A stretch of 64,000 bases of DNA from Methanomassiliicoccaceae archaeon (GTDB lineage: Archaea; Thermoplasmatota; Thermoplasmata; Methanomassiliicoccales; Methanomassiliicoccaceae). The notes beneath the pieces are model-generated. The model was given only the letters and a program-made list of their open reading frames with translations. It did no database searches and was not told where the DNA came from. Made by a program: the position numbers and the translations under genes. The DNA is taken from NCBI GenBank assembly GCA_963728405.1, contig CAVSJV010000003.1, forward strand, positions 192,001 to 256,000. The letters are read 5' to 3'. This document shows positions 30,204 to 41,215 of this stretch, piece by piece. The stretch's first letter is position 1. Each line of letters starts with the position of its first letter.

Positions 30204-31411
30204 ATAGGAAGCCCACCATTAAAATCGTGGGAGGAATCGTGCCAAATCCTATTACGTATTGAAGCATATCATCCCTCCGTGCTCCTGACTCACAAGGTCA
30301 AACTGCTCCCTACCGAGGAGCAGGGGGCCGCTCTGCTGGAGACCATGGAACGGTTCAACGAGGCTTGTGACTTCGTTGCTGTCGCTGCATTCCGTATCCA
30401 GTCTGCCAATAAGATGCGCCTCCAGAAAGAGGTCTACTATGAGCTGAGGGAGCGCTATGAGCTCCCTGCTCAACTGGCCATCCGCGCTATAGCCAAGGTC
30501 TGCGAGGCGTACAAGCACGACAAAACCATCCGGCCTAGCTTCGACAAGCATGGTGCGGTGGTCTACGACCAGCGCATCCTGTCTTGGAAAGGTCCAGATC
30601 GTGCATCCTTGGTGACTGTTTACGGAAGAACGATCATGCCCTTCCTCTCTTGCGATTATTACGAATCGAGGAAAGACATCGTTCGCTGCCAGGCAGACCT
30701 TATCTTGCAGAACGGTGTTTTTTACTTGTGCGTCATCGTCGAAGTTCCCGAGGCCGATGAGATTAAGCCACTTGATGCTCTCGGTGTCGATCTCGGCATT
30801 GTCAACATCGCGGTCGATTCCGACGGTGAGGTTCATTCCGGTGAAGCCATCTGTAAAACTAGAAAACGCAATGCCAAGCTGTGCTCCACTCTGCAATCCT
30901 GTGGTTCGAGGTCTGCTAAAAAGCATCTCAAGAAGCTTTCCGGTAAAGAAAAGAAGTATCAAAGGGACATTAACCACTGCATCTCCAAGCGTATCGTCGC
31001 GAAGGCCAAAGACACGAAGAGAGCGGTCGTCCTCGAAGATTTGGGGGGCATCCGTTCTCGGACTGCGGTTTCTAAGGCACAGCGTCGCGACCTCCACGCT
31101 TGGGGATTCCACCAACTCCGCTCTTTTGTTGAGTACAAGGCGAAAATTGCTGGAATCCCAATAGTTTTCGTCGACCCAAGAAACACCTCGCGAACTTGCC
31201 CAGTCTGCGGGTGCGTTGACCGGAAGAACAGAAAGACCAGAGATAATTTCGAGTGTGTTCGGTGCGGGTTCGCTGGTCTGGCCGACCACATAGCAGCTAT
31301 TAACATAGCTGCCGGGGGTCGAGTCAACGACCCTATCGTGACGGGGGATTTTTTGAGCCATGTTGGTCCACCTCAGTCGCAAGCCCACAGAGTCATTCAT
31401 GGGTAGTTGAC
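30204..31411 (+). mobile_element. IS1341-type (tnpB-only) IS200/IS605 element inserted in the hyf/ehr operon
   Basis: Left hairpin GCCCACCATTAAAATCGTGGG; right end GCCCACAGAGTCATTCATGGGTAGTTGAC; lower GC than flanks; no tnpA; left boundary approximate. Confidence 0.85.
30279..31406 (+). CDS. tnpB: RNA-guided endonuclease TnpB
   Basis: RuvC I GVDLG, RuvC II VLEDL, zinc finger CPVCG/CVRCG, RuvC III ADHIAAINI. Confidence 0.93.
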   Translation: MLLTHKVKLLPTEEQGAALLETMERFNEACDFVAVAAFRIQSANKMRLQKEVYYELRERYELPAQLAIRAIAKVCEAYKHDKTIRPSFDKHGAVVYDQRILSWKGPDRASLVTVYGRTIMPFLSCDYYESRKDIVRCQADLILQNGVFYLCVIVEVPEADEIKPLDALGVDLGIVNIAVDSDGEVHSGEAICKTRKRNAKLCSTLQSCGSRSAKKHLKKLSGKEKKYQRDINHCISKRIVAKAKDTKRAVVLEDLGGIRSRTAVSKAQRRDLHAWGFHQLRSFVEYKAKIAGIPIVFVDPRNTSRTCPVCGCVDRKNRKTRDNFECVRCGFAGLADHIAAINIAAGGRVNDPIVTGDFLSHVGPPQSQAHRVIHG

Positions 31412-31412
31412 C

Positions 31413-33000
31413 TCACAGATCGTTTCCTGAATAGGACAGGTTGAAGCTCTTGTTGATCAGCGGGAAGTCCGGGACGATGTTGCCCAGGACGGCCTGCTCC
31501 ATCGACAGCCAGTTGCTGAAGGAAGCGTCCCGGATCTTATGCCGGAAGGGCATCCCTTTGCCGGCCATGATCCAGTGGACCAGCTCCCCCCGCGGCGATT
31601 CCACCAAAGAGAATGCGGTGCCGCCAGCGGGGATGTTTCCGACCTTGGTACGATACGGCCCGGTGGGCATGCCGTCCAAGGCCTGCTCGATGATGGAGAA
31701 CGATTCGCGGACCTCATCCATCTTGATCCTCATGCGCGCGTTAACGTCCCCCGCGGTCTGCTTGGGCACCAGGAAGTTCAGTCGTCCGTAAGCGGCGTAA
31801 GGATGATCTCTCCGCACGTCCCGATCGATGCCGCTGGCCCTGGCCACTGGACCGACCACGTTGAACTCCCGCGCCAGCTCCTTGCTCAGGACCCCGGTGG
31901 TCTCCACCCGATCCAGCATGGATGGTGACGATAGCATGAGGTCCACCAGATCCTCGAACTCCAGCTTCAGCTTGACCAGCGCGGCCAGGATCTTGACCTT
32001 GTCATTGGCGGTGATGTCCTTGCGGACCCCGCCCAGCACAGTTGACAGAACGAAGCAGGCGGGAGCCGGTGAGACACTCGTTAAGGTTGAGGGCCCTCTC
32101 CCTCAACAGATAACCGTTGGCCGCGGGTACGCTGAAGGCGGTGTCGAGGGCTATGCCCGACAGATCTCCGAAAAGGTTGTAGAGTCGCTCCATCTCCAGC
32201 AGCACGGTCCGGATGTACTCGGCCCTCTCCGGGGCCGGGGAGGAAGCGAGCTTCTCCACCGCCTGGCAGTAGGCGGTCGAATGGGCGACGGAATTATCTC
32301 CCGAGACCCGCTCGGCCAGGAAGATACCATTATTGTACGGTGTTCGCTCCGAAAGCTTCTCGATCCCTTTGTGCACGTAGCCCATCCTGATCTCTAGGTT
32401 GATTATCGGTTCCCCGGCCACCGAGAAGCGGAAGTGCCCCGGTTCGATGACCCCGGCGTGCACCGGCCCCACTGGGATCTCGTAGACTCCCTCCCCTTCG
32501 ACCTTGGTATATGGATATTCGCTCTTGGCGAAGGGGACCCTGGTCCCGGGCAAGAAGTCCTTGCGGAGGGGGTAGAACCCGATCGGCCAATTGTCGTAGA
32601 GAACCAGGGGTCGGGGGTCCGGATGGCCCGTAGCCACCAGTCCGAACAGGTCCTGCATCTCCCGCTCGTACCAGTTCGCGGAATTGACATGCGGGGTCAG
32701 GGAGTCAAAGTAACGGCTGCCTGGGTCCAGCAATGATATGATGGTCACGAATATGTTCTCGCCCTTGGGTGCCAGAACAGCATAGACCTTGAAGCACTGG
32801 TCGACCTCCCGCTCATCCGTGGCGTGGAGTGTGATCAGGCGGGCCTCATAGGCCTTACAGAGATGCCTGGTCAGAGGGATCAATAGGTCCTTCTTTACGG
32901 CCAGGCGCAGCTCGTTCCGCTCGATGATCGAGAAGTGCACTCCCGGCACCAGCTCAGGGGGCAGGTGGTGTAGGATGGCCTTGAGGCGGTCGGTGCTCAT
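31413..33000 (-). CDS. hyfG: Hyf/Ehr large subunit (NuoC+D-like) lacking NiFe ligands (frameshift near 32040)
   Basis: [33 protein letters not shown] in place of RxCGxC, and C-terminal [18 protein letters not shown]. Confidence 0.88.
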
Positions 33001-34464
33001 TGCCCCCCTCCAAGGAACAGCTGAGCTATCTGGTTAAGCGCGTCGTTTAGGAACAAGGGCATGTACAGGCCCAGCGCGAGGATCGCGATCAGGAGGATGG
33101 ACATTATTGCCAGGTTGGTGTTGCCCTTCTCCCCCTTGGGCTCCGACCCTCCGCTCTCACCGAACACCATGCGGCCGACGTGATACATGAGCGCCGCGAA
33201 GATCACGGCCAAGAGGGCCAGGTAGAGCGCGGCTCCCAGCCAGTTGCTGGAGTCGAGCCCTCCTACCAGGATCATGAACTCGCTCAAGAACAAGGAGAAC
33301 GGCGGGCAACCGGTGATGGCCAGCGCCCCTCCGATGAACAGGCACGCGGTCACCGGCAGAACCTTGATCAGACCGTGAACCTGGTCGATCTCCTTGGTCT
33401 TCAGCCGCTGCAGGATGTTGCCCGCGCCGAAGAACAACAGGGTCTTGGTCAGAGTATGATTGAGCATGTGGAACAACGCGCCGAAGATGCCCCAGAACCC
33501 TCCGAAGCCGAACCCGATGGCGATGATGCCCATATGTTCGATGGACGAGTAGGCTAGCATCCGTTTGTAATCCCGCGACTGTGATGATGAACGCCGCCGC
33601 GGTGCCCAGGGAGATTATGCCGAACAGGAGCAGCAGGCCACCAGAGAAGCCCGGCCCAAGGGAAGAGCCGGACACGATCATATGGAATCGGAGGATGCCA
33701 TACATGGCACAGTTCAACAACACCCCTGACAGGAGGGCCGACACCGGGGTGGGCGCCTGGGAGTGGGCGTCCGGGAGCCAGGTGTGCATGGGAGCCAGGC
33801 CGACCTTGGTGCCGTAACCGATGAGGACGAAGATGAAGGAGATCTTGAGCAGGTCGGGGTTCAGCGAGCCGGCCGCTGCCATGAGGGTGGACCAGTTGAG
33901 GGCCGTGGATGACTCCCCCAGAGCCTGGATCGAGGAAGCGTAGATTATGATCGTGCCCAGTAAGGCCAATGTGATCCCGACCGAACAGATGATGAGGTAC
34001 TTCCAGGCTGCCTCGATCGATGTTTCCCGATCGTACAGACCTACCAGGTAGGCGGACGCCAGCGTGGTGCCCTCGATAGCGATCCACATGATGCCCAAGT
34101 TATTGGACACACACACCAGGAGCATGGTGAAGACGAACAATTGGAAGAAGATGTAGTAGTTGCGGAGCTTCAGGTCGGTGATCTCCCCCTCCTCGTGCTC
34201 CCGGCCAATGTAGGAGATCGAGTAGATGACCGCCAGGAGGCCCACCAAGGAGACCAGCATGAGAATGTAGGCCGAGAAGGCATCCATGTACAGGAGGTCC
34301 TCGTCCAGCGTACCTTGGGCGAATGCCTCGTAGGACAGATAGGTGGCAAATAGGAGGGTGGCGGCCGAACCGGCCACAGCCACCCCCTCCACGAGCCTCC
34401 TCCTCCGCAACGGATAGCACAACGCGGCGGCGATGAGGGGGATCAGCAGCAAGTACTCGATCAA
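32997..34464 (-). CDS. hyfF: Hyf/Ehr antiporter-like subunit F (frameshift near 33575)
   Basis: [38 protein letters not shown]. Confidence 0.88.
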
Positions 34465-35126
34465 TCCCGCAGCCTCCTGAGGATAGTGGTGTCCACGCTA
34501 TCGAACGTCTTGTTGATGCGGAAGGCGAACAGACCCATGATGATGACGGCCACCAGCACGTCGAAGAATATGCCGAGTTCAACGATCATGGGCATTCCGT
34601 AGGTGACGGAAATAGCCGCCAGGAAGATACCGTTCTCCATGGTCAACAGACCCATGATCTGAGTGATGGCCTTCTTCCGCGAGATCATGATGAAAAAGCC
34701 GATCAGGACGACGGCCAGTGAGATGGCCAGGCAGTTCTTTGTGAGCGTGGTAATCGCACCACTGGTGAAGATTATGGGCTGGGCGATATAGAACGCCACA
34801 ATGGTCAGGACCCCGCACAGCAATAGGGACAGGGGGATGCCCACTAAGGGTTCCACCTCCTTGTCAGTCTTGATCTTATCCATGACGTAGAGGAGCACCC
34901 AGGGGATGACCGCTCCCTTGAGGCCGAGAGTGAGCACCGCCACTATGTAGATGTGGGGGGCATCGGCGAAGTAGGCGACCGCTAGGGCCAGGAGGCCCAG
35001 GGCCACCGACTGGAGGGCAAACAGGCGGACAAGGGAGAGCATACGATTGCTGGCAACTGCGATGAACGCCGTCACCAGAATAGCGGCGGCAAGGGTGTCG
35101 ATGATGCTGACCATAGAGAATGCCAC
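34461..35126 (-). CDS. hyfE: Hyf/Ehr membrane subunit E
   Basis: RKKAITQIMGLLTMENG, ELGIFFDVL. Confidence 0.88.
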   Translation of the reverse strand: MAFSMVSIIDTLAAAILVTAFIAVASNRMLSLVRLFALQSVALGLLALAVAYFADAPHIYIVAVLTLGLKGAVIPWVLLYVMDKIKTDKEVEPLVGIPLSLLLCGVLTIVAFYIAQPIIFTSGAITTLTKNCLAISLAVVLIGFFIMISRKKAITQIMGLLTMENGIFLAAISVTYGMPMIVELGIFFDVLVAVIIMGLFAFRINKTFDSVDTTILRRLRD

Positions 35127-36062
35127 TCAGGCCACCCCCAAGATATAGAACGATATCACTGCCAGTAGCGCCAGGATGAACGCCACAGTGAGCAGGTTGG
35201 GCAAGCGGAACAGACGCATCTTGGCGATGGACGACTCCACCAGGGCGATCACCATCGCCAGGAAGATTACCTTGAGCAGGAAGAACAACAGGCCGCCGGC
35301 CAGAGCCAGGACAGAGACTTCGTTGGCTATCCCCCAGGGGAAGAAGACGTTGGCGAGGATGGAGAGGAAGATGACCAGCTTGGTCATCGACGCCAGTTCC
35401 ATGAGCGCTAGCTGCTTGCCGGAGTACTCTAGGAGCATGGCCTCGTGGATCATGGTCAGCTCCAAGTGGGTGGCCGGGTTGTCGAAGGGGACCCGGGCAT
35501 TCTCCGCCAGGGTGGCGATGAAGAACGCTGCGGCGGCCAGGAACAGGGAGGGGGTGACCAGGTCAAGGCCACTGGACGCGATCTGGCCGGAGATTATTCC
35601 CAGGGAGGTCGACCCTGCCACCAAGGCCATGGCGAAGATGGAGAGCAGCATGGTTGGCTCCACGATGGAGGAAATATACATCTCTCGACTGGAGCCCATT
35701 CCCCCAAATGTAGAGCCGGCGTCTAAGGCGGAGAGGGCCATGAAGAACCGCATCATCGCTAGGAGGTAGATGAGCACGATGAGATCGCCCACGAAGCCGA
35801 AGGTGCGGGCATAGAGCACTGGGACCAGCAGGGCGGCGATGGTGACCGCGGCCATGCAGACGTACGGGGTCAGGTTGAAGAGCCAGGAGGCCTCGTTGGA
35901 GATCACCGAACCCTTGGAGAACAGCTTCCGCAGATCATAGTATGGCTGGAAGATACTGGGGCCCTGCCGGCTCTGCAGGATGGCCTTGGTCTTGCGGATC
36001 AAACCGGTGATTAGGGGGGCGATGACCAGGACCAATAAGAACTGGAGGAGCTCAAGGATCAT
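35127..36062 (-). CDS. hyfC: Hyf/Ehr membrane subunit C (NuoH-like)
   Basis: QGPSIFQPYYDL, FGGMGSSRE, DNPATHLELTMIHEAM. Confidence 0.9.
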   Translation of the reverse strand: MILELLQFLLVLVIAPLITGLIRKTKAILQSRQGPSIFQPYYDLRKLFSKGSVISNEASWLFNLTPYVCMAAVTIAALLVPVLYARTFGFVGDLIVLIYLLAMMRFFMALSALDAGSTFGGMGSSREMYISSIVEPTMLLSIFAMALVAGSTSLGIISGQIASSGLDLVTPSLFLAAAAFFIATLAENARVPFDNPATHLELTMIHEAMLLEYSGKQLALMELASMTKLVIFLSILANVFFPWGIANEVSVLALAGGLLFFLLKVIFLAMVIALVESSIAKMRLFRLPNLLTVAFILALLAVISFYILGVA

Positions 36063-38128
36063 CGGAGCACCACCAGCAGTACGAGGAGAACGATGAAGAT
36101 GTAGGCCAGGTAGGCCTGGATGCTACCCCTCTGGATGATGCTCGCCCGGCGGGCCAGGAGCACCGCAAAGACCGAGATAGGAGCATAGAGGTAACGCTCG
36201 ATGACCGGTTCGATGGTCCGTGAGAAGGAGATCCGGCGCTTGATGAGCGCGGATGTGGTGTACTCGGTCTTGATCTCAGTATGGGGTCGGTAGATCGACC
36301 TGAACACGCGGTTGATCGGCTCGGAGAACCCAGTGGCAGTATACTCGGTCCTCGAGGTCAGCGGTGTTCCGCAGTCCCAGGTGTCGCCCTTCTGCACCTC
36401 CCTCTTCCCCCCTAGCCGCCTCGAGATCAGGAGGGTAGCGGGGACCAGGAACAATAGTAGGGCACCGATGACCAGCGGGCTCATGCTGGAGAATTCTCCG
36501 GCCGGTGGGCTGAGAACCAGGCCGTTGACCAGCTTAGAGGCTATGCTCACTCCCAGCACCGACGAGGTGACCCCGTCGATCTGCGGGATGATGAAGACCG
36601 ACAATACGCCCATGAGCACGCACAGGGCGGCGGCGATGCCCATACCCACCAGCATCGTCCGGGGCACCTCACGGGCCTCCGCGGCTTGTTCACTGCGGGG
36701 CCTGGCCAGGAAGGATATGCCGAAGAGGCGCACGAAGCAGGCGGCCGCCAGAGCACCAGTGAGGGCCAGGACCCCCACGGCCACCGGTATGAGCAAGTTG
36801 ACCATCGGATCGTTGATATTGGGGGTGAGCAGCAGAGCCTGGAACATCAGCCACTCGCTGACGAACCCGTTAAACGGAGGGATGGCAGATATGGACAACG
36901 CCCCCACGAAGAACAGGATGCCGGTCCACTTCATTCGCTTTACCAGGCCGCCGAGCTCTTCGATGTTCCTAGTGTGGGTGGCATACATGATCGCCCCCGC
37001 GCCCATGAACAGCAAGCCTTTGAACAGGGAGTGGGCCAGTGTGTGGAAGAGAGCGGCGATTAGCGCCAGGGCCGCGAGATCGGCCAAATAGGCGTGGGTC
37101 GTGCTGTCGGCCAAGTAATAGGATTGGAACACCATGGCCGCGCCGAGGGCGATGAAGATAAGACCGACGTTCTCGACCGTCGAGTAGGCCAGAGCACGCT
37201 TGATGTCCTTCTCCATCAGAGCGTACAGTATCCCCAGTAGCGCGGAGATGCACGCCATCAAGAGGATCAGTAGCCCCCACCAGGTGTCCCACACCCCAAG
37301 GAAGTCAAAGTAGCAGCGGATGAGCATGTAGACGGCGGTCTTGACCATGACCCCGGACATCAGGGCCGATATGTTGGACGGAGCAGCCGGATGGGCTCGG
37401 GGCAACCACACATGGAGGGGGACCAAACCCGCCTTGGTGCCAAAGCCCACGAAGAGTAGGATGAACGCCGCCGCGCGAGCCAACCCAGGGACCGCACCCG
37501 CGGTGGAGCCCAGCTGCTGGAAAGCGGAGAAGTCGAAGGAGCGCTCGCCGGGCGTGTATAGCCACATTATCACGAAGGCCACGGCGATAAGGGCGGTGCC
37601 GATGTGGGTCATGACCACGTAGAGCAGACCGGAGGAGATGCTGTCCTGGTTTCGGTTCTCGTACACCACTAGAAGATAGGACGAGATGGACATCGTCTCC
37701 CATAGTATCAGGAACAGAACGGCATTGCTAGCGGTGACCACCAGCATCAGGGAAAGGAGGAAGATGTTGAAGAGGAACCCCATCTTGCCCGCGCTGTAGT
37801 GCCCTTCATACTCCTTGGTGTAGCTGATCGAATATGTGGCTACACAGACAGAAAGGACCGAGATGGTCAGGAGGAAGAAGGCCGACAGCCTGTCTATGGT
37901 GAAGGAGAAGTGACCAAGGGCCATGATGGTGCTGGGCATGGTCACAACGATGGTGTTGCCACCCAGGATCACCTCCAGGGACACCACTAGTCCCAGAACG
38001 GAGGAGATGAGGGCGGTACCGAAGGAGATGAGGCGACATAGGTTTTCTTTCTTGTTCAACAGCGCCGCGGCCGCCGCTCCCGCCAGCGAAATAATGATAA
38101 GCAGTACGAAGAGGTCATGGCCGTACAT
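36059..38128 (-). CDS. hyfB: Hyf/Ehr antiporter-like subunit B
   Basis: KAGLVPLHVWLPRAHPAAPSNISALMSG, PPFNGFVSEW, WDCG. Confidence 0.9.
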   Translation of the reverse strand: MYGHDLFVLLIIISLAGAAAAALLNKKENLCRLISFGTALISSVLGLVVSLEVILGGNTIVVTMPSTIMALGHFSFTIDRLSAFFLLTISVLSVCVATYSISYTKEYEGHYSAGKMGFLFNIFLLSLMLVVTASNAVLFLILWETMSISSYLLVVYENRNQDSISSGLLYVVMTHIGTALIAVAFVIMWLYTPGERSFDFSAFQQLGSTAGAVPGLARAAAFILLFVGFGTKAGLVPLHVWLPRAHPAAPSNISALMSGVMVKTAVYMLIRCYFDFLGVWDTWWGLLILLMACISALLGILYALMEKDIKRALAYSTVENVGLIFIALGAAMVFQSYYLADSTTHAYLADLAALALIAALFHTLAHSLFKGLLFMGAGAIMYATHTRNIEELGGLVKRMKWTGILFFVGALSISAIPPFNGFVSEWLMFQALLLTPNINDPMVNLLIPVAVGVLALTGALAAACFVRLFGISFLARPRSEQAAEAREVPRTMLVGMGIAAALCVLMGVLSVFIIPQIDGVTSSVLGVSIASKLVNGLVLSPPAGEFSSMSPLVIGALLLFLVPATLLISRRLGGKREVQKGDTWDCGTPLTSRTEYTATGFSEPINRVFRSIYRPHTEIKTEYTTSALIKRRISFSRTIEPVIERYLYAPISVFAVLLARRASIIQRGSIQAYLAYIFIVLLVLLVVLR

Positions 38129-38375
38129 CAGAGAACCACCTGGGTGAACGGCATTTCGTTGTCTTGTTTCGGTATCGTTCTAAAGGCCTACCCTTTTGTC
38201 GGGCAAAACGCTTGGCTATCTTAAACATTTCGATATCGCCCCTGAAACCAAATAGTGAACGCGGCCGCCCCACAGTTCTTGGGCAAAAAGATGTGAACAC
38301 CGATTTGGTCCGGCGACGCCGCTGGGGAAGATATATAAAGACTGATGCCGGTTCTAAGATATTAGAGGGAAGGGA

Positions 38376-38921
38376 ATGGGTTCTGAGAGAAGCAACTGGA
38401 AGGGAGACGAGCTTACCCTAAATCGCCAGCTGGGCATACTCGCAGCGGCTGTCAATGTAGAGACCTACGGTCGGGACTTCTATCTGAGGATGAGCGAATG
38501 CATCAAGGACAAAGAAGGCAAGCTGATCCTAAAGAGTCTGGCCGGGGATGAGCAGGAGCACCGGGCCTGGTTGACCCGACAGATCGACCGCATCTTCCCG
38601 GGCAAGGATGCCTCCTCCATCACCCCGGACCCACTATATGCCGGGATCGTGCCTCAGAAAGTGTTCCCCGACCTGGCCCCTGGAGCGTGTCTCTCTGTCG
38701 AGGATGAAGTCAAGGGAGTGGAGGCGGCCATCGAGATCGAGAAGGCCTCCATCCGCATGTACACCGAGGTCGCCGACCTGGCCAAGGACCTGGAGCTGAA
38801 GATGCTCATGCAGCGCCTGGCCCACTGGGAGAAGGGGCACCAGAAGATCTTGGAGGACAACCTTCATTACCTAAAAAGTGGAGGGAGCTGGTACGGATAT
38901 ACTCCCATTTTAGATGGGTAA
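38376..38921 (+). CDS. Ferritin-like (rubrerythrin family) protein
   Basis: E..G..FY, DEQEH, EIEKASIRMY, WEKGH diiron ligand pattern. Confidence 0.85.
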   Translation: MGSERSNWKGDELTLNRQLGILAAAVNVETYGRDFYLRMSECIKDKEGKLILKSLAGDEQEHRAWLTRQIDRIFPGKDASSITPDPLYAGIVPQKVFPDLAPGACLSVEDEVKGVEAAIEIEKASIRMYTEVADLAKDLELKMLMQRLAHWEKGHQKILEDNLHYLKSGGSWYGYTPILDG

Positions 38922-39099
38922 ACCCCCTCCCGATCCCTTTCTTCATAGCCCCGATGGTGCGGGCCGTGGCCCTAGCTGGACAATGCATCAGGGGCAGGTC
39001 TGTTCCGTCGATAGTTATAAGAAGTTTTCTTCCATACAGTCGTTCCATAATCGCTCTTAACAGGAGATATAACGCTCTCCAATTCACCGAGGTGCACCG

Positions 39100-40382
39100 A
39101 TGGTAAAGATGCCGGAGATCAACAGAGAACTTCTTGCCTGTCTACAGTGCGGATACTGCGTGCGCGTCTGCCCCGCTTATGAGCAGACACCGTGGGAATC
39201 CGTCACTCCACGCGGAAAGGTATACTACTTGAACCAATTAGCCAAGCGCTCCCCGGTGGACGCTCTCCTAGGCCGCAAGGTCAAGGTCGACGAGGAGTTC
39301 GTCGATGCGCTGTTCCGTTGCACTGGCTGCGCCCAGTGCGAGACGGTCTGTCATGTCAGCATCGAATTCGCCGACTTCTGGGAGAAGGTCAGGGAGTGGG
39401 TTGTGGACCAGGGCAAGGGACCGCTGCCTGTACATGCTAAACTGGCCGAGAGGATCAAGGAGACTCGGAATCCCTACGGCGAGCCGGTCGAGAAAACGTG
39501 GCGACTGGTGGCCTGCGGAGATCCCTCACGTCGGCCCGCCCAGACGTCATATTCTTCGCCGGATGCACTGGCTCTTACAGGATGCAGAAGATCGCCAAGG
39601 CCGGCGCGACCGTGCTGTCCAGGGCCGGGGTCAAGCTGGACATCCTGGGAGGAGATGAATGGTGCTGCACCTCTCCCGCCCTTAGAACCGGCCAGACCGG
39701 TCTCACCACCGAGTTCGCCGAGCACAACATCCGGGCTGTAGAGACCAGAGGGGCCAAGTCCATGGTCACCACCTGCGCGGGATGCTTCAAGACCACCTCC
39801 CACGACTACGGCAAGTACTTCGCGAACCCCAGCTTCCCGGTGTACCACTTCTCGCAGTTCGTAGGACAGCTCATCAAGGACAAGAAGCTCAAATTCACCA
39901 AGGAGATCAAAGCCAAGATCACCTACCATGACCCCTGCCACCTGGGACGCCATGGCGGCGTGTTCGAGGAGCCGAGGGAGGTCCTGAAGAAGATCCCCGG
40001 TGTAGAGCTAGTAGAGATGCCCCGCAACCGCATGGGCTCCCGCTGCTGCGGCGCGGGAGGCGGCTACAAGAGTGCCTTCAACGACCTGGCCGTGAACATC
40101 GCCGCGGAGAGGGTCAAGGAGGCCGTGGCCACCGGCGCGGACATACTGGTCACCACCTGTCCGTTCTGCGTCGTGAACCTGCAGGCGGGCGCCAAGCAAA
40201 TCGGGGCCAAGATCAAGGTCATGGACATCTCCGAGCTGCTGATGGAAGCCACCGATCCTAGCGCCGCACCAGCCGCCGGCGAGAGCGCCAAGGCCGCCGA
40301 GCCGAAGGCCGCCCGGGCCCCCAAGGCCGAGGGTGCGGCTAAGACCCCCGTTCCGGAGAAAGCCTCCGCTCAGAACGCCTGA
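39100..40382 (+). CDS. HdrD/GlpC-like Fe-S oxidoreductase with CCG domains (frameshifts near 39495-39535)
   Basis: CLQCGYCVRVCP, CTGCAQCETVC, FAGC, EWCC, YHDPCHLGR, CCGAGGG, CPFC; Ala/Lys/Pro-rich tail. Confidence 0.88.
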
Positions 40383-40555
40383 ACAAACACCTTAACTCAT
40401 TTTTCATTTATTTAGCGGCCCCCAGGCCGACCCATCGCCGCCCCGCATGGTCAAGCATACCAACCCGTTGCTCCTATGTCAGAGGGGGCGCAGGCCTAAG
40501 ACCTCGCACGACCAGGGTCTAGCCTACCCCATCACTTGATGGGGTACAGTCCCAG

Positions 40556-41130
40556 GTGAGGCATGCTCCGTATTCTCTCGATCTCAACAGGTATCCCCGC
40601 GAATGGGTCCCTCTAAGCATCGTCATCAGGGACGCGGGGGGGCGAGGTAGGTTGCTCCAACAGTATTTCTATCACTGCGGTCAAGGCCGCCTCCTACGGC
40701 GTCCCTGGCATACTCTGGTACCTTGTTCTCATCTCTCCCGCGGCAGGGGCCTTCTTGGCTGGATTGATCATGTATCGTTTCAATCCAGAGGCCGCTGGCC
40801 AGGATATGAGCTGCGTCAACGACGCCTTGGACTACCAGGAGGGAGAGATCCCGCCCCGCATCGTTCCGGTGAAGTTGGCCGTCACCGTCCTAGCCGTTGG
40901 CTCCGGCGGGGGAGCGGGAGGGAGCCATAGCGTAGATGTGTGGCGAGGTGGCTTCCCTCCTGGACTAGCGCCTGCGCCATGAGGATCTCAAGAAAGAGAT
41001 GACCTACAAGGGCACCCCCCGGCGGCGGTGGTCGGTCCGGTCGGGGTCATGGGTCTGTTCAGCTTCGAGGAGGTCCTGGGCATCCTCGGTTACATCTGCC
41101 CGCCCATGGACATCATCAGGTGCCCCATGG
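40556..41130 (+). pseudogene. Degenerate ClC chloride-channel gene remnant
   Basis: GLIMYRFNPEAAGQ..IVPVKL..LAVGSGGGAG(REP) resembles ClC GSGGSAGREGP; multiple indels. Confidence 0.6.
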
Positions 41131-41215
41131 CCGAGACCTGCAAGGGGTCGGCTTCCGGACCATCTGACGATACTTTGAAATAGGCACATAACTTCGATAA
41201 AAAAGACACCTGGAC

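Noticed and set aside
30252-31400. 382-aa ORF antisense to tnpB
   Set aside because: No recognisable motifs; antisense shadow ORFs are common on tnpB genes.
31413-33000. Second functional [NiFe] hydrogenase or formate hydrogenlyase
   Set aside because: Both CxxC nickel-binding motifs are absent and no formate dehydrogenase gene is adjacent.
40400-40556. Fluoride riboswitch upstream of the ClC remnant
   Set aside because: The crcB-motif consensus (GGCGAUGG..pseudoknot..UAAUGAC/CUGAUG..CUAC) is not present.
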